Source of the DNA: Lingula anatina
Taxonomy: Eukaryota; Animalia; Brachiopoda
Reading direction: 5' to 3'
Assembly: GCA_051362555.1 (NCBI GenBank)
Contig: CM120644.1
Coordinates: 21,784,534 to 21,848,533, forward strand
DNA length: 64,000 nt
Position 1 is the stretch's first letter, and the number at the start of each line of letters is the position of its first letter. Both the position numbers and the translations under genes were made by a program. This document shows, in pieces, positions 49,271 through 62,955 of this stretch. Under the pieces are notes generated by a model, which saw only the letters and a program-made list of their open reading frames with translations, searched no databases and was not told where the DNA came from.

Positions 49271-50477
49271 AGTACTAGATGGTAGCAAGCCTGACACCAA
49301 AATATCGATATATTTCTGGTGATTCATGTTTCCATCAACCACTACCAATTCACCCACGCCATGCAGCCACACACCATGATGAATATGCTGCTCCGGGTTC
49401 GAAAATTCAGTGCATGTGGTTCAAATGCTTTACCAGCAGTTCGCCAGCATCGTACCCGTCTGTCATCAGAGGTCAGACCAAAGCGACACTCATCAGAAAA
49501 AAACTATATAAGACTAATTGTCATGGACTGTACAGTTCCAGATCCCGTTGGCCCCAGTTCACTCTACGTTGCCCATTTTTTAACGATATAAGAGGTTTCA
49601 GTCTTTATACCCTGCTGTACACTCTCTGAGCATGTAACCGACGCCTAGCAGTTTTCACAGACACATTCTTATATGTGAAATTGTTCCACTGTGTTGTCAA
49701 CTGACAAGCAGTGTCGAATCTTGACAGCCTGGACATCAAAATCAGTCGTCGGTCTTCACGGTCAGTAGTTTTTTTTTTGGACGACCCATCAGAGGCAATT
49801 TGTCTCTTGATCCAGTGTTTCTATACCGAGACCAGACCCTCTGCACGGTTCTGACTGAACAATTCAACTGTATCGATATTCTGACATTACTTATATTCCG
49901 CCTCTTCAGGTTAATAACTTAACGTCTATAACCGTTACATAATTGTCTGTATCTACCAACTACCCAACTACCAACTACCCAAATACTGCCTACTTTTATT
50001 ACTCTGATTAAGGGGGTGACACTTCTATTGTCCAGTGTGTGTACCTGAGAAAAGTATACTTGAGAAAAGGTCATTACGACCGGTGTAGTTGGGTTTTCCG
50101 ACTCGAACTACAACAGTCCGTCTCGTAGACTTTAAATGACAAACAAAATGACTTCTGAAGAGCGTTGAAGCCACATCCATGAATTTAGAAAACGCAATAA
50201 TGAATTACGCACACAAAATAGGATTACGTAATCATTGTCAACATAATATTTACATAACTCTTATAAAACCTTATGCATATATATACTAACGACTGCTATG
50301 TTGTTTTTGCTAGGGTTTTGTTTATTTGGAGGCTATAATATATAATGACTAACAGCAACTATAGTACAGGGCTCACGTCCCTGGGAGATCCAAGATCTTA
50401 GTCTTACACAGAAAATGCCAATGTTGAAAATATATTAGCTTAAAGAAGAATAGCTAATCAATTGTGCTGTATTCTAG

Positions 50478-51781
50478 CCCCATAGGATCCAGTTAATGCT
50501 GACCCATAAAGCTCTGCTGTGCCCAATTAATTCTGTGAGCTAGCCTTGAAAAGCCGGGTCACCTCAGTAAATTGGTCATAATTTATTTGTTTGCCTTTAT
50601 TACCCATACAAAGTATACATTTTTAAAAAGCCAATATTTCAGGCTAAATGAAAATAGAATTACATTTAAATTTAACATGCAGTATCAAAAGTTATAGCCG
50701 GTTAAAAACTACATTTTCATTTGGTAATGGGTAAAATAAAACAAAGTTGATTTATCTTATGCACATCAATTTTTTTATTGCTACATACATTTACCTGAAA
50801 ATTCACAGGGATGATGTCAATTATAGTAACTTTCAATCCAGGAAATTTCAGCAATTTGTCTCTATCAATTTTCAAGTTATGATCGTTTTGCTATCAGGTA
50901 TACCAGCTTTTCAGCTCACCTGAACATCGTGGCCAGAGCTGAATAGAAGTCAAATTTTTACACCATCTATGACAAAAACATCTTTAAAACTTATATCATG
51001 AATAAAGGAATATCATCCCCACTGTCTATATCACTGTCACTCGAAAACACCTTATCAGTGTCGTAGTTTTCAATCATTTCAATAACAGTATTCATTCGCA
51101 GGCCCCTTCCGTAGTGAGAAGTCGCCATTTTGATTTTACTTTCACCAGCTAGGTCTAGAAAATCGCCGATTTCTCGCTCATATATATTTCTATCGTCCTT
51201 TATATCATAAATAAATGAATATCAACGCCACTGTCTATGTTACTGTCACACGAAAACTTCTCTTCAAAGTCCGGATTTTCAATCATTTCAATAACAGTAT
51301 CCCTTCGCAGGTCCCTACCGTAGCGAGGAGCCGCCATCTTGATTTTACTTTCTCCAACTAAGTCTTGAAAATCGCCGTTTTCTCGCTCATGTTTTCACAC
51401 CATCTAAACCTCAGCTAGAATAAGACGACTCCCGTGCGCTTTACTTTCCCCACCTTTAATGATTATGCGTTTTCACACCATCTAAACCTCAGCTAGAATA
51501 AGACGACTCCCGTTTACGCCATAACATTTTTGCATAATCATCAAAACTAGCAAATTATTATTTAGTCGCTTCTGCAGATTATAAATATTTCTATCGCCTT
51601 TAAAAATGGTGGCAATGAGAGACAAGAAACATACCCGGATGTTAAACTATATATCATTTCATGACTCACGATACAAAAGAGTACAGAAGACGATCTTTCC
51701 AAGATACGCACATATGCGGTTCTGGGCGTTTGGGGTAAGCGATAATTGAACCGCACATATGCGGTGACGGGCTCTATGGGG
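50478..51781. mobile_element. piggyBac-like non-autonomous element with CTAG target duplication
   Basis: CTAG|CCCCATAG ... CTATGGGG|CTAG; absent from paralogous flanks (~4305, 15435, 60535); internal ~190-bp and ~45-bp direct repeats. Confidence 0.65.
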
Positions 51782-54296
51782 CTAGTTGGAGTATTACAAT
51801 GTTCGTAATATTATCATAACGATAGCTGTTCACAAAATACTATTGCTGCTAAGTTTGATGCAATGTTACTGCACCAATAACAATTAAATTTTACCTACGT
51901 GCCAAAGGTAACATGGACATTCAGAAAAAAAAAAAAAAAACTAGCATACGGCTTCGGGGCCAGACATTGAAAATGGAGAGGAAAAAGGAGAAAATGGTCT
52001 AATAAAGTTGCCTGACCTAAATTTCGGAGTCGCAAATCACACAGTAAGATTGAGGATAATAAGTCACGCAGTTTTCCACACATTTTTAACATATTTTTTA
52101 TCAGTGACAAATGCACGGCGACCTGGACTAATATTGTATATATGTGTAGATGCACGGTGTCTTTATATAACAATGGAAAAGATGTGATTGGCCGGTGAAA
52201 TGAAAACATCAAGTTTTCCTGCGATAGTTTCATATTTATCTTTGCATTTCAAGTATAACTAGAAAAACTAGAAAGTAGAAACCTCCACCAATAATTATTA
52301 TCTACTAATTCAATCATAAAGGGAAGTTATTTGACTGATAGCTTAGTGGGATACCCATGACATACTCTTTACCAGGGCGACAGATTGATTTTTCACAGGA
52401 TATTCACAGATATGTCTTTAGATAAATGGACGATTATTTGGTTCTACGGTTTTTAATTTTTTTCCCCTATAATATCTGCCACCCTGGTAGAAGGTACTCA
52501 TGACAGGGGTGTAAACTGGTCACGCTGTGATTGATTGTGCTTATCCGGTTGCAAAGGCCGGAAGTATCGTTAGAGAATAGATTTCAAAATACCCACGTTT
52601 CATTCGTCGGGCTGAGTCATGATCAGGCATACTGTGGAGAGGGACGGAGCAAAAGAAGCAAATGTCACATAAATTCGCCGTGCAAACGTACGAGTTCTTT
52701 TGATTACTGCGTTTTATCCATATTTATAAGTTTGGTTAGAATCCGGTTGACCACTAAATTCTAGCAGTAAGGTCTAAACGTACCGTATTCACTGGGACGC
52801 TAATTGCAAGTGGGAGGAAATATAAAATAATTTGTTTAATGATGAAGTTGTATTATCACACTAAAAAAAATTAATAAAATGGATGAAATGATTGAATATT
52901 CTCAAATTCGCTGCAGCTTTTTATTCGTTCTTCGGTAGTGCCATAGAGTAAAGAGTTGCAGTAGTCTAAACGAGACGTGATCATCGCATGAACATTGATC
53001 CTGGTAGTTTCTAACAGCGCCGACGTTTCTTAATCTACCGGGGTAATGTTAAAATATATGATTGGGTGAAATTTGATATTTGTCTGATGATACTCAGATC
53101 TATTCTTGCTGGGACATATATACTCCTAAACCGTCTATGGATAAAATTACCAACTGTGTGGCTGACATTCACGACTGGCTCATCATTAACTTTGAAAAAA
53201 TGGAATATTCTAGATTCTGAAATCGTTATACTTCACGACATTCAACATGTTCGTTCGTGATTGTTGATTCATGGTATGAAAGTAGCACTCAGAGCCAAAT
53301 GATTTGCAGTGTCCTGATGTCAAAATGAAATGCGGGTAATAAACTATATTATGCGTGCTTTACATCAATATTTGTTTCATTTTTTATCATGATTGTGTTG
53401 TTTCACAGCTGTTTCCATGTAAGATGAAAAAAAATAGCAAGTGATTCAGTTCCAGGTATAAAAGCCATTGAAAATGCTAATGTGTGAAAAATGATAATTT
53501 CAGACACACACACACACGCGCGATAACTAGCGTAAATGTAAACCAATCATTTTTCATATTTTCGAAAACAACCTGCCTCTTTACCGAACAAGCCACGCAG
53601 TAAAATTTGAATAAAACAAAAGTACGGTTTGGAAGTTCTGGGGCAAACGTCACCAAAATTATGCGAAAACCCATAATAATTACCGTAAATATGAACCGAT
53701 CATGTCGATTTTTGAGAGCAATCTGCCTCCTTACCAAGCAAAGCCACTTGGAAAATTTATAGTAAAACAATAGTATGGTTTGGCAGTTATGGGACGATCG
53801 TCATGTGTAGGACAACGACGGCGACAGCGACGTCTCGGCCAGACAGACCAATCAGAATATAGACAGACACTTACAATGTCTGTACATAAAAATTAAAATC
53901 AACCAATCCAGGAACAACCCACTCCCCAGGTGCACGGAAAACCCAGAAAGTCCAAGCAGTCCATCCTGATTAAATAATTCTATAAATTTCCTCACTCTCA
54001 ACCATGGTACATGTATAAAAGGAGGTAGCAGAAATTACAATGTAAAAGGAATTAAGAATCAGCCCCCCTCCAAAGACATTCCAAACTCCTGCTGCCCAAA
54101 AAAGTAAAGCAATTCATTAAATGTCTATCATTCATCTACAAAAAAAAAAAAAAAAAAAAAAAAAATATTTACCACAAACTCTCAAACACACTAATAAACG
54201 CATGCGCACACGTTCACCCGTCTGTTACGTAGCCAGTGCCATGTAGGGTGTTATAATTATATTTTTATCACCAGCAAGTGGAGTGTGTATCGTACG

Positions 54297-54649
54297 ATGC
54301 TGGGATTTCTTTTCGTTTGTTTTTGCTTTTTTGTCACCGCATTATACACGTACGTGGGAGGTAAGACCTTATTTCGCTCTCTCTTTCTCATGTTCTCCTA
54401 CATAAAATCAAAATATTGTCTGTAAGAATGAATTGAAGTTTTCAAGTGTACAGGTGGAAAGCATAATCATCACACGTCTGAAATATTCGATTTTAAACTT
54501 TAAGCTGCATTAAATGAATTCTAGAGCGTCTTAGGCGTGATACTACTCACCTTAAGGTTGAGGAAAAGGTAGACGAGCTCGAAGCGACTACGATACCTAT
54601 GCAAGATATAATGGCAATGATGGGAAATGGACAGAGTGAAAATGACCAG
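54297..54649 (+). CDS. Sulfotransferase copy F exons 1-2 (ancestral ATG deleted; next in-frame ATG at 54297)
   Basis: Exon 1 to 54360 (KWSVYRT)MLGFLFVCFCFFVTALYTYVG, G|GTAAG. Exon 2 54525-54649, CAG|GTAAG. Confidence 0.7.
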
Positions 54650-56276
54650 GTAAGAAATCAGTGTATGCACCAAATATGGTTAGTTTTGTACATTGTCACA
54701 TAACAGATTAGAAATGTGAGAGATATTTTTTTAAAGATCTGTATTAAGACTGGTAATGGTATGAAAGCAAATCCCTCAAGTTTAACTGGAAAAAATATCT
54801 ATGTTAATATTGACAAACTAAATTGAAATAATAAAAAATAATAAAAAGTACACAGTGAAGCAACATATGCATGATTCATAAAACCTGATGTACGAAAAAA
54901 AAACAAACTGCTGTACAATATACAAACTATAATTTACTACACGCAGTTCATTTTGACATCAGGACATTGCAAAACATTTGTCTCTGAATGCTACTTTCAT
55001 ACTATGAATCATCAATCTAGAACGAACATGTTGAATGTCGTGAACTACAGCTATTTCTCCTAAAATCGAGATTATTCCATTTCTTCAAATAAACCGTACT
55101 TCAATGAAAAAATTAAACCATGGATCCATTCGAAGCTCGCAGATTATGGAGGGTTAATTCCCACGCATCGCTTCACATAAAAATACGCTTTATGTTGTTA
55201 AAATCGATGTTCACATTGTGAGATAGGTTAGAGGAATATAGATCATTTGTATTTTAAACATCAGTTGCTCAAAAACATCTAATTAAACCCATATATTTTG
55301 TTGCAAGCGTCATTACTTCATAAATTCAAGCTGCAGATTAAAAATACATCCCTACACATGCAAAATAATAATCAAACGCCATAACATTGCACACTTTCTG
55401 TGGATTTTAATGGGATTTTAATATGGCCCCTTTTGAATACGGATGGTGTTAAATACAAAAACGCTCATAATTACCCATGTTACAATCAATTCCGAATTTT
55501 CACACACCTTTCTTTTGTGTGCCTAGTATCCAGTTATTCATATCAATAGAGGGAGTGCTCCCCACGTGCACGATAACGGATAGGCAGCAGGACACTCTGG
55601 CTTATAGTGCCACCAATCTATGCTTTGGGATTCATAGCAGGGCTTTTGGTGGGTTGGATTATGAGTAGAATGTTGTTGTCGTTTATAAAATCTCTTACCA
55701 AGCGATTTGGGGTAGCATTATCATGCTGCAAGCGAAAGTTGCCATAGAATATTGCACGTGCAAATAGAATCTAATGATTTTGTGAGATATTTCTGTACGC
55801 CACAGCTTTAAAGTTTTCTTCCAGAAGAATCGATTGGCTGGCCCCAATGGAACAAAAACACCACAAACATGGACAGAACCGCCCCCTGCAGCCTTATTTC
55901 TTGCACATTTTGTAACATATGTCCTCCAGTGAGACGTCACCGGCAGACGGCACCGGTGTGAAAGGAATGCATGTCCCCGAGAAAAACATGTCCTGTGGAC
56001 GTGCGTTCCCTGGGATGTACTGTTCAACCCGGACCTAGATTCCCAGCTGTATTTATATGCAGTTAGGCCATGTATTCCTGTGGGACATAATTTCCTTTCA
56101 CACATACACAGAAATGCATGTCCTACATAATTAATGTCCGTGGCCGAATTTGGATAAGTTGGATAAGTGGACGCATAAGGGCATATGCTTTCTACTTTCA
56201 CCTAAAAATACAAATAATTAAAATGGGAAATGCGGGATCCATATGAAAGGCAAAATTGCGCTCAGAAGAATGTTAA

Positions 56277-56277
<1 letters not shown>

Positions 56278-56351
<74 letters not shown>
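56278..56351. repeat. (AT)n microsatellite inside a ~105-bp direct duplication
   Basis: GCATATG..TCTACTTTCACCTAAAAA...GAATGTTAAGA at ~56181-56278 and ~56356-56450. Confidence 0.85.
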
Positions 56352-56353
<2 letters not shown>

Positions 56354-56735
56354 AGCATATGTTATCTACTTTCACCTAAAAATACAAACAATTAAAATGG
56401 GAAATTCGGGATCCATATGAGAGGCAAATGTGCTCAGAAGAATGTTAAGACAAATAGTAAAAATACATGTATAAACAATAACAGACACATTCAATTCATC
56501 TATCATATAATTATACACGCTTCATTTACGGTCTCAAAGTGCATATGATGTCTCTGTAACCACAAATATTCCCAGTGATCATCAAGACGCCAAGTATGAA
56601 ATGATTAATTGTCACTCGAGCCATATATATACACCAGTTCCAGGACACCTCGAGCGTCACCAGGAAATGTCCAACACGTACTTGAAATTTCACTATTGAA
56701 ATTAAAATAGGAAATAAAATGAAAATCTATATATA

Positions 56736-57909
56736 AAACATTGGTCAAAAAGGTTGTCCCACCCCCAGTTCCATGTACTTTTATTTATAAATGATCACAT
56801 CACAGGTGTTAATTGCTATGAATGGTGATTTACATTCCAAATACCATAACTAACATGATTAGTGGTACAGAAAATACAAACTAGCGGGTAAGATATCCAT
56901 ATTGAATACCATTTATTCACATTTATTTTATGTACCCCCTCAAATCCGATGTCCCACTGCTATTCCCACGGAGGTAAAGAAATGCCCATTTAAATTGAAA
57001 TGACACCACCAAATTTACAGACATTTACAGACATGTTGCAAAATGCTTTTTAGAGGGTTTGTGCAGGATAATATCGCCTGAGATGATGTCAGGTCAGTCC
57101 ACGTTTGGAGAGAATACCAAGCAAATGGTTTCAGTGCATTGTTCTTTCCAGAAAAGAACGGGACAATTCACTGAAACGTTCTCAACAAATGTATCACGTC
57201 ATTTGCAAGCGGTGACTCCAGGGATACTGCAGGCGTCATCGTGGAAATGCAATTGCTCCCAAATCTCGTCTGCTGAGTGATTTGTTGCAGAAACCAAATG
57301 TTCAGAGGATGGAGCAACGACCTTTGAGCCCGGTTATTAACCATACTAAACATCTGTGGCATGAATTGAAGTGTGCAATGCAAAGAAGAATTAAACTCCT
57401 AATAATCTGGACCAATACCCCCCAAGCCCTTTAGGAAGAATGGGACAATATCCGATAAAACAGAATTGCTACCCTTGTTGAAGGCATGCCGCGCCACCTA
57501 CAGGAGGTAATTACACTACGCGGTAAACACAAACGCTATTAGACAAAGAGCCTTTAACGAGCACAGCTTAATGCTAAATGTGTGTAAATTTGGTGACATT
57601 TGGTGGTGTCATTTCAATTTAATGGGCATTTCTTTACCTCTGTGAAAATCACTGTGAAACGACGGATTTGAGGGGGTACATGAAATAAATGTGAATAAAT
57701 GGTATTAAATATTGATTTCTTCACCGCTAGTTTGTATTTCCTGTTCCACTGATCATATGTTAGTTTGTATTTTTTTGTACTACTAATTACGTTAGTTATA
57801 GTATCGTGAATGAAAATCACTATTTGTCACAATCTTTACCTGTGATGTGATCATTTATAAATAAAAACACATAATACTGAAGGTGGGACAACCTTTTTGA
57901 CCAATGTTG
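56736..57909. mobile_element. Paralogous, internally deleted copy of the long-arm Tc1 element
   Basis: TA|AAACATTGGTCAAAAAGGTTGTCCCACC ... GGTGGGACAACCTTTTTGACCAATGTTG|TA; both tips and TA flanks present. Confidence 0.8.
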
Positions 57910-58597
57910 TATATTTACGATCAAAATTTATAGAAATCTAATATTAATTTGTAGTCATTTTTTTTTTGTTTATTAAAAGCGTGTATAGGAGGACATGTAT
58001 ACAAATAATTATAAGAAGCGTAATAGCATTCTTAAACATCTCGTTTAAATCTTCTAAAATTAACACATCATCCATATTAAAATGTCAGAGGACATCTATT
58101 ACTAGTCTAGCTGGGAAAATATGTCCGACTAGGACATCGATACCTGTCTGCAGGACTTAGAATACTAAGTAACGGGTGTCCACTGGACATTAAATCCCAG
58201 GAAATTATGTCCGAGGACATGCGTTCATAGGAATGTCCTATGAACATGCATTACGGCGGACATCCATTCCCTTCAGCTCTCCATCCGTCGACATTTGCAG
58301 CCCTCATCGTGTATGTTGAGGTTCCGTGTGATCCACTCACAACGGATTGATGAAATGGACAAAACACAAACCCGATCGAGATACTAATATAGTTGGACTT
58401 GTTTGATATCTTCCATCTTCTTCTTATTGATTTAAAGCCTAAAATCTATTTTCCGTGCAATAAATTTCAATATAAAGGTGAAATATGCGATTAAATTAAA
58501 GTAAATGAAAACGATTAAGTGATATAATAGGTAAAGTGGAGAGTACGAAAATGTGTGTGTGATTGTGTGTGTGTGTGTGTGTGTGTGTGAGTGTGAT

Positions 58598-58634
<37 letters not shown>

Positions 58635-58800
58635 CGGAGAGAGAGAGAACTTACATTACTGCATTTAGTGGTCAAACCAAGTTTAAAAACTACTGTTGAT
58701 CTAAATTATGTCCAGATGAACACCTGATTTTATAGGCAAAGTGTGCCAGCGTAAGGAGCTCCTAGATGTCAAATAATGCAAAGCCTGTTATTACTTTCAG

Positions 58801-59748
58801 CAGAGCGGATTGGATGATGACGTCATTCCCGAAGAATGGCTTGAGGAAATACAAAGAAGAAAAAAACTTGTGTCCGAGGCATGCCAGAAGTATAAAACGG
58901 AAAAAACGCCTTTGACAAAAGAATGGATTGAAGAAATTGGCAGTCATCTCATTGTAGAAGACCAGTATAAAATCATATATTGCCGCGTACCTAAATCTGG
59001 GAACACAAGTTGGAAGCGCTTATTGCTAGCATTGTCTGGTATTATAAACGATACTTCTATGGCTCATGGCAAAAAGGGGCTAAACCCACGTGAAGGAGTT
59101 AATAGATATTTGCATACGTTGAATACGCTGTCGTTTTCGGAAGCAAAACAAAAACTTGAGACCCACTTTAAAGTTATGTATCTTAGGCACCCCTTAGAAC
59201 GATTACTTTCTGCATATCGTAATAAGTTGGAAAGAAATCCTTGGACGCATGTGAGTGTCTCATCGCAAGTGGTTCCCTACGTTATGAAGCACTATCGCGG
59301 TGTAGAACCCATTCTTCCCGTCAGTGTTAGCCAACGTCGTGGACGGATATCTGGCGTCTTTCCATCTGGAGAAGAGTTCAGTTTTCCAAAAGACGAACTT
59401 CCAAGTTGGGTACCAAAGATAACATTTGAAGAATTCCTTCGTTACGTTGGTGACAATCCAAACTTTCTGAATGGTCATTGGGCGCCCCCAAACGATTTAT
59501 GTCACCCATGCGTCATTCAATATGACGTCATAGGGTATTTTGGGACAATAAGCGAAGATGCAAACAACATTTTGAAACTAGTGCATGCGTACCCAGCATT
59601 CAAATTTCCAAATGTGTACATTAATCTAGAAACAACGTCTAATTTGGTGAATAGATATTATTCAACAGTATCAAATTCTACGTTGCAGAAAATTCGTCCA
59701 ATTTACGCACTTGATGCAGCAATGTCGGCTTCTAAGTTACGTATTTAG
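58801..59748 (+). CDS. Carbohydrate sulfotransferase copy F catalytic exon
   Basis: Intact 948-bp exon, very close to copy A in its 5' half. Confidence 0.92.
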   Translation, partial: QSGLDDDVIPEEWLEEIQRRKKLVSEACQKYKTEKTPLTKEWIEEIGSHLIVEDQYKIIYCRVPKSGNTSWKRLLLALSGIINDTSMAHGKKGLNPREGVNRYLHTLNTLSFSEAKQKLETHFKVMYLRHPLERLLSAYRNKLERNPWTHVSVSSQVVPYVMKHYRGVEPILPVSVSQRRGRISGVFPSGEEFSFPKDELPSWVPKITFEEFLRYVGDNPNFLNGHWAPPNDLCHPCVIQYDVIGYFGTISEDANNILKLVHAYPAFKFPNVYINLETTSNLVNRYYSTVSNSTLQKIRPIYALDAAMSASKLRI

Positions 59749-60911
59749 TTAAAGATGCATTTGAAGTCGATCTTTTGCCACAAAAGCCAACCAAATGTTA
59801 CCACATCCAAATAGTGTAATTTACAGGACTACCAAAATACATTGCTTAATGTTAAAGTGATATTTGAACGGATTTTTCTGCTTGCTTTCTGTGATTTTAG
59901 GTTACCCAAGTAGTAAGATTAGATGTTGGGGCACGGTCTTTACAAGAATAAAGTAGGTTACTGGGTAGATAAGTAGGCAGTATGTTAGATGAGTAGCTAT
60001 GTTAGATAAGACCGGTAAGATAAGCAGGTCATATTTACGATCAAAACTTATAGAAATTGCAGTTTATAGCTCTTTTTCGTCTGATCTTGTGATTAAATCG
60101 ATTTATTCCTTTGTTATGTTGACATTATTTGAGTCATTAGAAACTAATAGAAAGGGTGTAAATGCGTTACTGGGAATTCACGCTCCACAAACGTTCGGTT
60201 CAAATGTACCTTTAAACTGAGTTTGCGTTCTGTTAACACGTCATTGTAATTTAATTGTCAACCATCCGGGGACAGAAGGCCAAGCATGGATAGAACTTCA
60301 GAGCAATGCCTGCACTAACGACTGTTATGTCATTTCGCTAGCTTTTTGTTAATTTCTTTGCTTTATTATAAAATGCTAACGGCATAATCGCCCCCAAATT
60401 TCAGTAAAATGCTAGAGTTTGTACTGGGCTTCAGGTCCCTTGGAGGTCTATGTCTTACACTGAAAATGTCAATATTAAAAATATGTTAACTTGAAGATGA
60501 ATATCTAATCAGTCTGCTTTGCCAGGCGGGCTCTATTCTTGTCGGAGTATTACAAGAAACACGATTTTCCTATCAGTATGTTGAAGAAAGCGCTCACAAA
60601 ATAATGTTGCTGTCAATTTGATGCAATGTAATTGCAATGTAATTGTTCCAAATACCATTCAAGTTTACCTACAATTGTATGTACCGGTATTACAGGTAGC
60701 ATGGACATTCAGAAAACATCTCGTGAGACTAGATAACATTTTAAGTTTATAGCTAATATGTCATCAAGACATGTAATGTACAACTGGGTATTAATTGGTG
60801 GTGGGTAGGTAAGGCAATTAGAACTTAAGAACTTCGGGAAGTGGGAATAAAGCTGTACTACAAGTAACAAGGACTATGCCATTGAAAATGCTTATGTGTG
60901 AAAAATGATAA

Positions 60912-60950
<39 letters not shown>

Positions 60951-61293
60951 TTAGCGATTATGTAAACTGATCATGCTAATTTTAGAAAACAACCTGCCTC
61001 TTTACCAAACAAAGCCACTCAATAAATTTATTAAAAAAAAAAAAAAATAAATAAGTTATGCAAAAACCCGTAAATATAAACCAATCATGTCGATTTTCGA
61101 AAGCAACCTGCCTCTTTACCAATTTAAGCAGAGCCACTCAGAAAATTTAAAGTAAAACAAAAGTACGGTTTGGCAGTTATGGGACGATCGTCATGTGTAG
61201 GACAACGACGGCAACCGCGACGTCTCGGCCAGACAGACCAATCAGAATATAGACAGACACTTACAATGTCTGTACATAAAAATTAAAATCAAC

Positions 61294-61461
61294 CAGGCCC
61301 GTAGCCAGGGGGGGTTCGGGGGGTTCGAAAGAACCGCCCCTTTTGCTGGAAAAAGGTCCACTTTGGGTAAAATTTGATCAAGGTACATGAAGTTTTGATG
61401 GGAAAAGGTCCACTTTTTCAGAAAAAGAACCCCCCTTTTGAAATTGCTGGCTACGGGCCTG
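61294..61461. mobile_element. 168-bp MITE with 5-bp TSD
   Basis: TCAAC|CAGGCCCGTAGCCAG ... CTGGCTACGGGCCTG|TCAAC; empty site AAAATCAACCAATCC at ~16160 and ~53895. Confidence 0.88.
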
Positions 61462-61664
61462 TCAACCAATCCCAGGAACAGCCCAACCCCCATGTGCACG
61501 GAAAACCCAAAGAGCCCAAGCAGTACATTTTGACTAGAGGATCAGAGAGGTGATAGGGATGACAGGGGCTAGTTGGGCCAGTTAGATAATTTTGGTAACT
61601 AAACCGGTTTATAAGTAAGCCCTATGAACTAAGCTACGTATGCAACGTCATTATTTTTCAAATA

Positions 61665-62955
61665 CAGACTTGATATTTAATATGGAATATTTTTTTCCAA
61701 ATTGTTTTTCGTCAGTTTTTTCCTTTGCTGACTGATAAATGAAAATAAGGATTAAAATCGCGTTTTAATAACTTTTATTTATATCTTTGATGTCATTGTG
61801 ACATCAGTTCATCTATTGAATTCGCCAGTGAAGCCAACAAAAATGCATTGCTTATTTTAGGTCATACGACAACCATTGAAAGCGATGTTTTAGATCTCTA
61901 TATTTTCCAAATTATCGTCTTTAAAAGAGTTATACGCCCCACAAAGGACCCTCATGTCAGTGTCTTGTCTCAGCAACGGTGGCTGTTACACCTGACCTCA
62001 TCTGGCTGCTACCAGAGCTTTCAAGTGGCAAGGCATTCCTTAGGATAGGTTTTTAGAGTTTAATCTGGAAAAAAGTCCAGGCAACGGTCAAAACGTGTCC
62101 AGTGTGGTTCAGTTTTGTTGTAGGACATGCAGTTCGTTGATTCGGAGAGTAATAACCTACCCACGTATTGTCTGTGTGGTTCAAATATGGCGATTTTGAT
62201 GACCAATGTATCTGCTCAATCCCTTGGCTCTGTAAGTTATCTGCTATTAAAAGTGCTCTGTGTGAATGGGCAATCTCATCGTTTAACCTAAAATTGTTCC
62301 TAAGGTACCCCCTATCAAATGATAGTCAAATGGTTCCCATATTATTCCTTTATTTCATCTGGTGTAGGTTTTCATCAATGACTACCATTGGTGTTTTGGT
62401 ATTATGTTATATTATGTTATATTAATGTTGTATTCACTCCAAATACTGACGCTGTCAATGACCTACATTGGCCGTGGTCTCTGTGTAGGTACATCAGTCT
62501 GGGCATAACTCCATAAAACTGTGCAGACCATTTCCAGACACAATAATCTGTCTGGTAATATCTGTCTTTTTCGTGCCATTCTGGCACAGATTAACAATTT
62601 TGTAAAACATTGTTTTACTCATTTTACGAACTGCAAAACTGACCGCTTGCATGCAAAATTTCAAAATTTTCTATGCAGTAGTTACCGACATATGGATACT
62701 TTTTTAACAGAATCATGCTTCGCCAAAGCCAAGCTTTGGCTAGCCCAAAGGAGCACTACCCAATTAAATCACTGCATATTACACAATGCAGCAGTGCACC
62801 AGACTTGGTAGTCAGTTAATTGGTAGCGACACACCTGACTTCACACTTCTCCAGTCAGATGTTTTATGTGAGATCTGACTTTTATGAAAAAAGAACGCAT
62901 TTTTACCAAGGTATACCTTTGAAACTGCAATATTTCATATTAAATGTCATGTCTG
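61665..62955 (-). mobile_element. Duplicate copy of the 1.28-kb Tc1-like element
   Basis: Same TIRs and identical flanks as 16396-17671, so copied by segmental duplication rather than transposition. Confidence 0.8.

Noticed and set aside
53195-53350. Inverted sulfotransferase gene fragment
   Set aside because: Matches only a non-coding intron-2 segment (e.g. ~41712-41890) in reverse, most likely a dispersed repeat; no exon sequence.
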